Shown: positions 13,149-25,012 of the stretch, one piece after another
Numbering within the stretch: position 1 is the first letter of the stretch
Layout: each line of letters begins with the position of its first letter
Assembly (NCBI GenBank): GCA_951406725.2
Contig: OX597834.1
Span: 34,968,001-35,032,000, forward strand
DNA: 64,000 bases
From: Octopus vulgaris
Taxonomy: Eukaryota
Direction: 5' to 3'
The notes under the pieces: model-generated
Databases searched by the model: none
Told to the model about the DNA's origin: nothing
The model's input: only the letters and a program-made list of their open reading frames with translations
Translations under genes and position numbers: made by a program

Positions 13149-13225
13149 TATATACATGTGTGAGTGTGTATGTGTGTGATGTATGTACATATGTACATGC
13201 ATACATACACACTACCATTTATTAG

Positions 13226-13359
13226 CATTATTTACATTCAACTTTGTCTTCATCTTGTATGTTGTTAACACAACATTTTGGCTGATATACCCTCCCACCT
13301 TCTTCAGGTGTCTTGGGGAAATTTCGAACCTGGGTTCTCGTTCCTAAGGTATTTTTCGA

Positions 13360-13396
<37 letters not shown>

Positions 13397-13523
13397 GTTC
13401 AGGTCACAACTTGGAATTGAACTCAGAATCTTGAGGTTAGTAGCCTGCACTCTTAACCACTATGCCATATGCCGTCGAATATAAATAATGTACATAATTT
13501 CTCATTTCTTAAATATAGAATTG
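13226..13523 (-). mobile_element. tRNA-headed SINE-like element with hammerhead motif and inverted tail
   Basis: Perfect 13-bp TSD taccatttattag (13213-13225, 13524-13536); tRNA-like head 13410-13473; hammerhead-like core 13267-13312; inverted tail copy 13474-13523. Confidence 0.8.
13267..13312 (-). ncRNA. Minimal type I hammerhead ribozyme motif (decayed copy)
   Basis: GACAC-CUGAAGA-A-stem II-(G>A)AAA-(C>U)GUU-GUGUU; both core changes are CpG-type transitions. Confidence 0.6.
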
Positions 13524-13834
13524 TACCATTTATTAGGTTACTACTTTACAGAATTACAATTTCTGTTGTGATTCTAAGATGGAATCTGGTCACGACAACC
13601 TAAACATCCTAAAGAAAAGAAAATATATTCCAGCAGAGAATGGTGTATTGTTATGTAGAGCAGGTTAGCAGTAAGATGATTAGAGGATGAATGGAGAGTG
13701 TGATTATGCTCAACTGAACCATCATGTAACCACCATGTATTCTGTCACTTAGTTACAAGATGGTCAAAGGCAGGAAAGTATACAGCCCATATCTCCCCAA
13801 ATTCTATTATTACTGCTAACCCATACCCCAAATA

Positions 13835-13883
<49 letters not shown>

Positions 13884-14031
13884 TTGCTGTGACATATATA
13901 TTTATATTCTAGTAATTTTTATGTGTAGAATACATATTATATGCATGTGTGTGTGTGTGTGTAGAATATATATATATATATGTGTTACAGTAATAACTAT
14001 AAATATTCATATATATATGTAGAATACATTT

Positions 14032-14455
14032 TCATCATCATCATTTAATGTCCGCCTTCCATGCTGATATGGGTTGGGCGGTTTGATAGGAGCTGGCCAG
14101 GCAGAAGAGTGCACCAGACTTCTTTGTCTGTTTTGGCATGGTTTTTATGGCCTGATGCCCTTCCTAGTACCAACCACTCAACAAAGTAGACCGAGTGCTT
14201 TTTACATGACACCATCACAGGCAAGGTCAGTTTTGGCAAGGTTTTTTACAGTTGGATACCCTTCTAAAATGTCAATCACTGTGTGAACTGGATGCTTTTT
14301 ACATGGCACCAGCACTGGTAGGATCACCAAGTAATGTGCAAGACAAAAACCCTTTCAGAGGGGAGGGGACATTGGAGGTGATTTTGTGCCAGATGATGAA
14401 AGGTTATAGAGAGACAGAAACAGGTGTCTTGCTGTAGAGGAGGTACATGGTTAAA
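14032..14455 (-). mobile_element. SINE family C, older copy
   Basis: catcatcatttaatgtccgccttccatgctg...gatgcccttcct...gctttttacatg repeats. Confidence 0.75.
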
Positions 14456-14979
14456 AAGAGAGAGAGAGAGATATTCTATGTAAGACTTTCCTTAGATGTT
14501 AATGCTGTTGTGAACAGATTCAAAATGGAATTGAGTCTACAAAATAATAAAAATACAACACACTTTTCACTCATATAATCAGTCTTTATTGACCATTTTT
14601 CATGCTTGTATGGGTCAGATGGAATGTGCTGAGGCAAATTTTTTATAGCCTGATGCCTTTCCTATCACCAACCTTCATCTGTTTCCAAGCAAAATAATAT
14701 TATCCTGTAGCCTGATGTATTTCTCATGGAAGACTTGCAAACAAAGAATATGCTCATTTCTAACTGCCATATGATGTCAAGTCAAGGGTACTAACACACA
14801 CACACACACACACACACAATGAGCCTCTTTCAAATTCTGTTGACCAGATCCACTCAAAATGCTTTGATCGGCTTGAAGCTAGAACAAAAGACATTTACCC
14901 AAGGTGCCACGTAGTGGGATTGGACCCAAGACCATGTGGTTGAGAAATTAGCTTCTTAACCACACAGCCACACCTGCAC

Positions 14980-15014
<35 letters not shown>

Positions 15015-15659
15015 AATGCATACACATACATGATTTTAGATAATGAACAGATGTTTTGTAATACTTCCAATACTACTGATACAAACAATCATCTCTCAGA
15101 ATCTTTTTAGACACATCAGTAAGACAAACTCACAAGTTGTAGCATTTTATTTTATATATTTATGTGTGGTGGGTGTATAGCAGTGTGGTATCAATAAATA
15201 TAATAGCATTGACATGGCCCATCACAAAACAAATGCTACGTTTGGGAATACCATGATGCTATCCATAGGCTTTAATATGTAACTTCATGTTATTTTTGTT
15301 TGTTATGAAATCTCTGATGATTTGATGATGTAATCTGCCAACAAGGTATTTCCATATATAATAGATATTATTGGTAATGAAATATGGGCAAGAATATATT
15401 GAATGAATGTAAAAATTTATCTCCGCACTTGTTTTCTATTTGTATACTGCATTCAAAACATCACAAGGGAACTACAATAAACATCTTAAAATAACTTGTT
15501 TGCTACTCTCATATGGATCTTTTCGAAGAATATAATGGATCACATGGAGATCTAAACACTGGTTATATGTTGTGGTCAATATACTACACTACACAAATAA
15601 GTGTATATGTGTTTATGTTTGAGCATATGTGTGCATATATATATAAATGCATGTGTGTG

Positions 15660-15862
15660 TGGATAGATAGATAGATAGATGGACAAATAGAAAGATAGAT
15701 TGATAGATAGACATATAAACATATGGAAAATAGATAGATTGATAGATAGACATATAGACGGATGGATAGATAGATAGATAGAAAAATAGATAGATAGATA
15801 GATGGACAAATAGACAGACAGACAATAGATAGATAGATAGATGGATAGATAGGTGGATGGAT
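15660..15862. repeat. (GATA)n-type microsatellite
   Basis: Direct reading. Confidence 0.95.
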
Positions 15863-16186
15863 ACGGAAGCAGTAATGCAGATGAACACAACTAGGCTTGG
15901 CACATTTTGGATTACTCTCAAAGCCACACTTGACACGATGGACCTAGTCCAGGATGAAGATTAGGAGCTTAAGTTCAAATTTATTTGAGCACTACTGTTT
16001 TCTATACTGAGCTAATCCAGCTCTCAACAACAAGCTTTTTATAGATAGAAATGTATGTATACACACACACATACATGCACACAAGCATATATGTATTGCA
16101 TGTATGTGTATAAGTGTGTGTATGTATGTATATATATATATGTGTGTGTGTGTGTGTATGTATATATATATATATGTGTGTGTGTG

Positions 16187-16264
<78 letters not shown>

Positions 16265-16351
16265 TATGTGTAAACATACATAAGCATGTATGTATATGTG
16301 TGTGTATATGCACTGAATTATTGAGTGGTGCAACCTCTAAACAACAACTAA

Positions 16352-16596
16352 TATTCAGATAATTCTAAGATGAATCATATTGTGGCTCATAAGCGTTCCT
16401 CCTCCTGGTTATTTATCATCTCCAAGATACAGCCCAGTCAGCATTGCGCCACCGTTCTTCATCTCTTTTACTGACGTCCATCTACAAATCAAGCATTTAC
16501 TTCAGAGACCAAAATATATTAACATCTTTTGTGTAGAGCTTTCAAATTTTTCTCTTTCAGTTCTGGTCACATAATACATACACGCACGCACACACA
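16352..16596. repeat. Local duplication block B, copy 2
   Basis: Near-identical to 10222-10466. Confidence 0.95.
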
Positions 16597-16750
16597 GCTC
16601 CTTAGCAACACACATGCGGAAACATATACATGCATCTACATATTCACACTGTTGCACACTTACACGCTCGTATACCCACCTCTAGAAACAAAAACACACA
16701 CAATCACACATTTTAACATAATGATGTATCCTTACACACACACACATGCA

Positions 16751-16781
<31 letters not shown>

Positions 16782-17384
16782 CCTTACACAAAGACACACA
16801 TGCACACATCCTTACACAACACATGAAAGCATACACAATCAAATATCCTCACACTTACATACATACACATGCATGCATACACACAATCTCATATCCTTAC
16901 ACACATGCAACTACACACTCACCCTTAGCAACACACATTCACATAAAAATGTAAAAAGTATGCATCTATACATTCACACACACACACACACACAACATGT
17001 ACTCACATACTCAACTACAGAAACAAACACACATTATCTCTCTCTCTCTCACACACACACACGTGCTCACATACTCATCTTCAGAAATAGATACACACAT
17101 AATATCACATACACACACACACACACATACATACACACACACAACTTCTGAAATAAAAACACACATACTATCACACACACACACACACACACAACTTCAG
17201 AAACAAATACACACATACTATCACACACACACACGTGCTCACATACTCAACTTCAGAAATAAATACACACACACACACTGTATAAAGGGAACATTCTTTC
17301 ATGAGATTAAAAACTGAACAAAAATTAGAGAAAATAAATTGCATTTTCTTCTCTTTAATGAATAATTGTCACATACAAGGAGTA

Positions 17385-18040
17385 AGGTGTGGTGGGGGGA
17401 GGTTTTAAGTTTGGGGTTATGGGGGGAGGTGAAGACTGGGTATTAGGTGAGCATTGGGATTATAGTTAGGGTGAAGGGTAGCACAAGGGTTAGCTGAAAG
17501 TGAGAGTTAGGGGTTAAGTTGAAGAATAGTGAGATTAGGGTTAGGGGTTTTGTGGATGGTTAGGGTGAAGGATAGAGCGTTGCTTAACTTAGGGAGCAAT
17601 TAGAGTTAGGCTGAGGGTTAAGGAAACTGTGAGGCTTAAGGTTCTTGTGGGGATTAGGGATTTGGTGAGTGCGGAGTTAGGTTTAGATTAAAGGGTAGAG
17701 CATCGCTTAACTTGGGTTAAAAAAAGTTAGATTTAGAATTAAGGTTAGGGTTAGGGGTTGTGATTATTGTACAGGTTAGGGTAAGCATTAAGGCTAGAGT
17801 TAGCATCAAGTTTATGACAAGGGCGAAAGTTCAAGTTAGCGTTAGGATGAACACAAAGAGAAAGGTTAAGATTGGGGTGAAAATTAGCAGAATGTGAAAG
17901 GGAGATTAAGAGTGAGGATTAATGTGAGGGTTAGGATGAAGGCAAGCACAGGGATTATGGAGACTGTTAGTGTTGGAGTAAAAAATTAGCAGAGAGTGAA
18001 AGGGAAAATAAAGGTTAAGATTAAAGTGAGGATTAAGAAG
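17385..18040 (+). repeat. Degenerate interstitial TTAGGG-like array
   Basis: Several exact TTAGGG units, including tandem ttagggttaggg near 17535 and 17745, among variants. Confidence 0.75.
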
Positions 18041-18054
18041 GTAGAGAAGTTCAT

Positions 18055-18645
18055 TCCTGGCTCAAATATTAATCCAGCTCAAATTTTCTACCTGTTTTAT
18101 GTTCAAACTGGCCAAATCTGGCCTCTCACACCTGCCCTACCATGTCATTCTAAAGATAAGCAATCACATCATCAAAATCTTGAAGCTACAAGATACTCTC
18201 TTACTCTTTTACTTGTTTCAGTCATTTGACTGCGGCCATGCTGGAGCACCGTTTTTTTAGTCGAGCAAATCGACCCCAGGACTTATTCTTTGTAAGACCA
18301 GTACTTATTCTATCGGTCTATTTTGCCGAACCGCTAAGTTACGGGAACGTAAACACACCAGCATCAGTTGTCAAGCAATGCTATGGGGTCAAACACAGAC
18401 ACACACATACATACATATATATATATATACGACAGGCTTCTTTCAGTTTACGTCTGCCAAATCCACTCACAAGGCAGTGGTCGGCCCGGGGCTATAGCAG
18501 AAGACACTTGCCCAAGATGCCACGCAGTGAGACTGAACATGATTAATTGTAAACAATGTGAATAAATAAGCATTATTTTTTGACAGAATAATCTGAATAC
18601 CAAAGGGAAGTTTAACAAAGGGAAGCTTAACAAAGGGAAGTTGTA
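18055..18645 (+). mobile_element. Second TTAA-type MITE interrupted by SINE A (18195-18537, minus)
   Basis: cctgttttatgttcaaactggcc...agctacaagata resumes as catgattaatt...aatctgaatac; family also at 40100-40245 and 53450-53610; ends in 3x caaagggaag.ttaa. Confidence 0.75.
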
Positions 18646-18849
18646 TTATTATACATGTGCAAACATTTGAGGAAGGCAAAAACAAGTATTAAGATGGCTG
18701 CTAATCATCCCCCTACATACAGCAGAGAATGGATGGGAGAATAAAGGTTAGGGTTTAAGTAAAGATAAATAATGCACGGAAATTCATTAAAAGGTTAACA
18801 GAGAAATTTTACTATTGTACTAGTTCAATCACTGATGGCACCATTTTAT

Positions 18850-19160
18850 ATTTATTTATCCGCTTTCTTTATGTCTCTAAGTATGTAGAGCATGATTAAA
18901 GAAGTTGCGGATGGTGATGGTGGGGGAGATGGTAATGTCAACAGCTCAACCAAAGTAGAAATGTAATCAACAGTTGTAAGGTAAAGTACATTCTTGGATG
19001 TTTATTGATCTTTAGAAGGAAGATATTGAATAAGTTTTGTAAGAAAGTTGGTGAGAGGTCGATGAGAGGAAGAGACATACATAAACAGTTGTCACTTTAT
19101 AAGACATCACTGGGGGGGGGGGGAGAAAAGGAGGTTAAGATAAACAGTAGGTCAAGGATA
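18850..19160. repeat. Local duplication block A, copy 3
   Basis: Matches copies 1 and 2. Confidence 0.92.
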
Positions 19161-19274
19161 TGTGTGTGTGATGGTTAGATGGGTGATGTGAGGAGGTGAG
19201 AGTATGTGTGTGAGTATGAGACTAAAGATATTGATGAAGCACATGGTTTGGCAAGAACAAAGTGGAAGGTTATA

Positions 19275-19855
19275 TATAACAGGTGAGTCATTTAATGTAA
19301 CACATGTGGCTCAACATGGTACATGTGAGAGTTGAGATATAAGGCAACAAATGTGAGCCAACAAATACAAACCACCATGTAAAAAGCATCAGGTGTGAAC
19401 CGACAGATGCGAAAACAGAATAAAATATTACAGATGCAATACTAAGTAAAGCAAACCAACAAATGAGAAGACATCAATGCTTTAACAGATACAAACAAAC
19501 AGATGTAAACAAACAGATGCAAACCAACAGATGAAAGTAAGCTCACAGATGCAAGCAACAGGTGTCAAGTGACAGATGTAAACACATAAATACAAGCAAC
19601 AGATGCAGTGGCTGGTGCAAACAAGAGAAGCAAGCAACACAGGTTCAAAGTGTCAGTTGAAAACATACAAATGCAACAGGTGCAAAGTGAGGGATGTGAG
19701 CATAAATGCAAGCAACACGTGCAGCAACAGATGTAAGCTAAGGGGTGGAAACAACACAGGTTCAAAGAGTCAGATGTAAGCTGACAGATGCAAATTTAAC
19801 AGATGCAAACAAAAAATGAAAAATACTGGCAGATATATCAGTTGACAGATGCAGT
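19275..19855 (+). repeat. Degenerate about 14-bp minisatellite built on CAGATG/CAGGTG E-boxes
   Basis: About 13 CAGATG, 4 CAGGTG and 1 CACGTG counted by eye; 14-nt spacing at 19486/19500/19514/19528. Confidence 0.8.
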
Positions 19856-20057
19856 ATCAAAGATCCAAGCCAAATGATGTAGAGAAATGGGGTATTATCT
19901 AAGTTATCTGATACATGATACAACACAGGAACAGAAATAACCAACAGACACACAAACATTTACAACACATGGATAGAATATATCAAAACATCAATAGCTA
20001 CCATAATGTTTTTGAGACCAATTCTGATATAAAACGGAAATATGAAGTGGCTTAATT

Positions 20058-20109
<52 letters not shown>

Positions 20110-20279
20110 TTGGTGATGAGGTTTGGCATTCTAGTTTTGTAGATGCTACCATTGCTATCTATTAGAATGACAGTTATTTCAGTAAGTTGTCAGAGATAAA
20201 CATTGGTATTTGTTTACGCATTCATTTAGATAATGGTTATGGTTTCTGCTATCATTTATTACAATGCTATCAAAGTAGG

Positions 20280-20535
20280 GTGATTCTCAAAGACAATCAG
20301 AGATATACTGGGTTAGCCAGAGTTACTCCATGACAGCAAGAGGTACTCCAAGACAGCTAAGGTTACCAAATTAACAAGGGATACTTCAAGACAATCAAAA
20401 ATACTCTAAAACAACAAGAGTATTCAGAGACAATCATAGTTACTCCAAGACAAACAGAATTACACTAAGACAACCTGAGATACATCAAAACAACCTGAAA
20501 TGGTCCATTACTAGAAGAAATTCTCCAAGACAAGC
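20280..20535 (+). repeat. Degenerate 20-bp minisatellite (about TACTCCAAGACAATCAGAGA)
   Basis: About 12 diverged units. Confidence 0.8.
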
Positions 20536-21156
20536 TGGGACACATAAATGGCTTGCGATTGACCAAGAAGCACATGGAGACAAAGAAACAGAAATGAAGA
20601 ATCTTAATTCCTGTTCCAGTTTTCTCGTCATCAATTCTATGTAAACCCTCACAATCTTTGTAATTAGTACTTGTAATTAATAGCCATGCAACCATCCTCC
20701 TTGTGGCAAATGAGGGATAAAAAAAGGGGGATAAAGCTCCTTCTTAAGGGCTGTTTTCCCAGTACTTGTCATATATATATATTGCCCATAAAGTGAGATG
20801 CTGGTCCGTTGCAGGAATACTCATGTTTGGCAGCTGAGTAGAGTGGAACAGCATGAAGTATTTTGTTCAAGAACACAATGCACCACCTGGTCCAAGAATT
20901 GAAACTATGACCTTATGATCATGAGTCTGACATGCTAACCACTGAGCCATGTGCCTCCACTTGGCAACTGATGACACAATTATTATTCAGGGTTTGTGGT
21001 ATCAACCAAAGAAACACTTCTCAAAATTGTTGGCCTTGTGCATCAATTACAAACACATCATTATTATTATTATTATTATTATCACTATCATCATCATAAT
21101 TATTATCACTATCATCATCATCATCATCCTTATTATTATTATTATTATTATTATAA

Positions 21157-21375
21157 GGCGGCAAGCTGGCAGAATCGTTAGCATGCTGGGCAAAATGCTT
21201 AGCAGTATTTCGTCTGCCACTACATTCTGAGTTCAAATTCTGCCGAGGTTGACTTTACCTTTCATCCTTTCAGGGTCAATGAAATAAGTACCAGTTACAT
21301 ACTAGGGATCTATGTAATCAACTAGCCCCCTTCCCCAAAAAGTTTTTAAGGCCTTGTGCTTAGAGTGGAAACAAT
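21157..21375 (+). mobile_element. SINE family B
   Basis: ggcggcaagctggcagaatcgttagc head and Nin-like core. Confidence 0.88.
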
Positions 21376-23439
21376 TATGGCCTCACCCCAACATGGCTCC
21401 ACATGTTGCCTTTTTCCTGCATCACACAACAGAGAATACAGCATCTTTACATTCATCTGTGTCACATGAGACTCAACCTGCCAGGAATAATAGCCAGATG
21501 TCCTGAAATAACGCCCTACCTTAATAAACAAAAGGTATTGTAGTCCTACACAACAGTATGCCTCGAGGTGGGTGGATGGAAAATAACAGACAAATTAATC
21601 ATGTCTGGAATGCCTTTCATCACATTGGTTTGCTGGATTAAGACTAGCCTCCTGGGGCAACAGCAACAACAACAACAATAGAAGCAACAGCCTGAAAAAT
21701 CTGTCTGTATTTAAGCATTGAGGAGTAATGAGAAAATAGACATGGCTAGATGCAGACATGGCAGTGTAGTTATGAAGCATTCTTTGCCCAAGGTGTCATA
21801 CAGGGGGACTGAACCTGAAACTATAGCTGTGACTGTTTTCCATGCAGGCATGGGTTGGATGGGTCATCAGAGTCAAGGGGAGTCTTTATTTGGAGTTAAT
21901 ACCCTCCTGCAATAAGACCCTATTGTGTTCACAGGTTTCAGTTCTGATCTTCCAAACATCAAATACTCTACAGAGTGTACTAAAAGCATTGTTTTGGCAC
22001 CAGCATTAAAGAGGTGGTCATACTCCCAGCATGACAAAAGAGGCCTCTTAGTGCTATGTTATGAGGTCAACACAGAAAAGTGAAACTGCCAGATGACATG
22101 AAAGACAACAGTTATTTTATTGTATTTTATGAATTTATATTTTAATTACAGAGTGTACTGGGTGAATCTGATCATGGCATCAGCTCTGGGGATGTATGTA
22201 AATCATAAGAATCCAGGGTAGAGGAGAGGGGCAATGGTTAAGACGTGGGACATTGAGAGAAAGATCCCTTAATTTCACAAAGCTTTGTGATAGAAGAGAG
22301 AAAGAGAGGGAAGGAAAGGTACAGAGAGAGCAGAAAGTGGTAGTAGAGAGGGAGGGAGAGATGGAGTGGAGAGGAGAGGGAAGAGTGAGAGGAGGGGAGA
22401 GCAGAGAGGAGGGGAGAAGGGGAGAGGAGAGAGAGCAGAAAAGAAAGGGAGAGGAAAGAGAAAGAAAATAGACAGACAGACAGTGAGAGAGAGAAGGGTT
22501 AAGTGACGATGATGGTGGGTGGTGGGGGTTGATTAGGGTGAGATCAAAATCCAGTACAGTTCCATGCTATATGGGGCAGAGAACAAGGAACAGTGAACAT
22601 GAAAGAATAGGGTTAGAATGCTGTAGAGAAAGGGATGAAAGGATAATGAAAAGGATGAGGAACACTGATGGAGGCAGGGGTCAGAGAAAGATGAAAGGTG
22701 TGGGAGAGAGTCAATGAAGTACAGGGGACAAAATTCTGAGGTCAGCAAGGACATCGCAGCTATCATTACTCTCCCCACCCGTTTTTTCTCAGGGGTGGGC
22801 ATCTCTTTGCTGTGCTTGTGGATGGGATGAGGTGCAAGTCTTCTCAAAAACATCATTTGTCATCTCTTTTACATCTCTCTCTCTCCCCACTCTTACCCTC
22901 TCTCTCTTGTTGCCTGCCTATCTCTCTCCCTCACCCACCCTCTTCCTCTCTTCCTCTTGTTGCCTGCCTCTCTCTCCCCTCTCTTACTCTCTCTCACTCT
23001 CTCGCTGCCTGTCTCTCTCTCTCTCTCTCTCTTTCTGTATATATGTATATCTATCTTTTGCTTGCTTTAATCATTGAACACCAGTTGTCAATAAGTAAGA
23101 CGGAGGGGGGGGGGGAAGAAACACAAACATGACATGCACATACACACATGTGCAGTGGGCTTCCTCACAGTTTCTGTCTACCAAATTCACTCACTGGGGA
23201 AGGTGCCATGCAGTGGGACTGAACCTGAGACCACATGGTTACAAAGTGAGCTCTTTAACCACACAGCCATGCATATATTTTATATACACATACATGTGTG
23301 CGTATGTGTGTGAAGGAGAAACAGTAAGACATAGATAGCACAATGGTGTTGAAATAGATAGAGAAATAATAAAAGGCAGAAACATAAACACACACATGCA
23401 CACACACACACATGCACACACACACACACACACACACGT

Positions 23440-23478
<39 letters not shown>

Positions 23479-23816
23479 GCATTTAACCAAATAAATACAT
23501 TGACATACATATATTTGGGGTAGGGTGGAATGATTTAAACTATATTTTAAAAAAAATTTATCATTATTATTATTATTTTGCGAATGCTTTTTGTAATTCT
23601 TAGTGTCAGCTTTCAAAAAAAAAAAAAAAATTAAGTGGAATGTGAAAAACAAAGCAATTATCTAGAAGGAAAAATAACAATCAGGGCACTTAATTACACA
23701 CACACACACACATACACTCACACATATACACATACAAGTGTGTGTGTGTATATATGCACACATACATGCTGCATACATACACACATACATCCACCCACAC
23801 TTCTCTCTTGTATGTA

Positions 23817-23899
<83 letters not shown>

Positions 23900-23906
23900 G
23901 TGTATA

Positions 23907-23965
<59 letters not shown>

Positions 23966-24366
23966 CAGATAGACAGACAGATAGAGAAGGCAGGACACAT
24001 GAGAAGAGCAAGAATCCAGTGTGTTGAACATTCACAGAATTATGACATGATTCTCAATGAAAGGTTACACACTACTTTTCGAAAGTGTTGTGATGCTTCG
24101 TCTTTCAATTGTTCTGCTAATTGGTACAAATGATTTATATCTACCTCTATGCTGAGAAAGGTTACATCATGGTGTATACAACCATATAACTGCCTGTCTA
24201 ACCATGTTTACATTGTATATGTATACATACAAACATACACACACACACATGGATATATACATATACACACACACATATGCATATATAAATACACATATAT
24301 ATACATGCGTGTGCACACACACACACACACGTCTGACTCAATTCCACATTACTTGCAGTTTCACGA

Positions 24367-24413
<47 letters not shown>

Positions 24414-24450
24414 CTGTGTTGAGTGCAACATTTGTTTGTTTACTTAGCTG

Positions 24451-24674
24451 TACAAAGGGATGCTGAAAAGGTTCCTAGTTTTAAGGGTATCACAAAAGGC
24501 TTGGTTGGAGGCCCCAACCTTCCTAGTTCTTTAACAGGGCTTAGAAAAACTGAAGGACTGCTGCAATAAGTGTGTGAACCTGAGAAGGGAATATGTTGAA
24601 TAAAATCATAATTAACAGAACCTCCTGTATTTTCTTTTACCCAAAACGAGGAACTTTTCTGCAACCCCCTCATA
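24451..24674. mobile_element. Tc1/mariner-type MITE
   Basis: TA-flanked imperfect TIRs tacaaagggatgctgaaaaggttcctagtttt / aaaacgaggaacttttctgcaaccccctcata. Confidence 0.72.
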
Positions 24675-24685
24675 TATATCTTTCA

Positions 24686-25012
24686 ACTTTTACTTGTTTC
24701 AGTCATTGGACCGTGACGATGCTGGGGCATAGCCTTAAAGGGTTTTAGTCAAACAAATTGACCATCCCCAGAACTTATTATTTTAAGCCTGGTACATATT
24801 CTGTGTCTTTTTGCCAAACTGCTAAGTTACCAGGATGTAAACAAACCACTGCCAGTTGTCAAGTGGTGGGGGAGATCGAACACAAATAAACACACACATA
24901 TGTGTGTGTGTGTGTGTACATGATGGGCTTCTTTCAGTTTCCATTTACTAAATCTGCACACAAGGCTTTGTTGGCCCAGGTGGGACTGGACCCAGAACCA
25001 AGTAGTTGGGAA
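24686..25012 (-). mobile_element. SINE family A
   Basis: ttttacttgtttcagtcatt tail through core. Confidence 0.8.

Noticed and set aside
16490-16565. Minus-strand ..MLIYFGL* as a tachykinin-like peptide
   Set aside because: Lacks FxGLM-G-K/R, and the frame is broken in the other copy of block B
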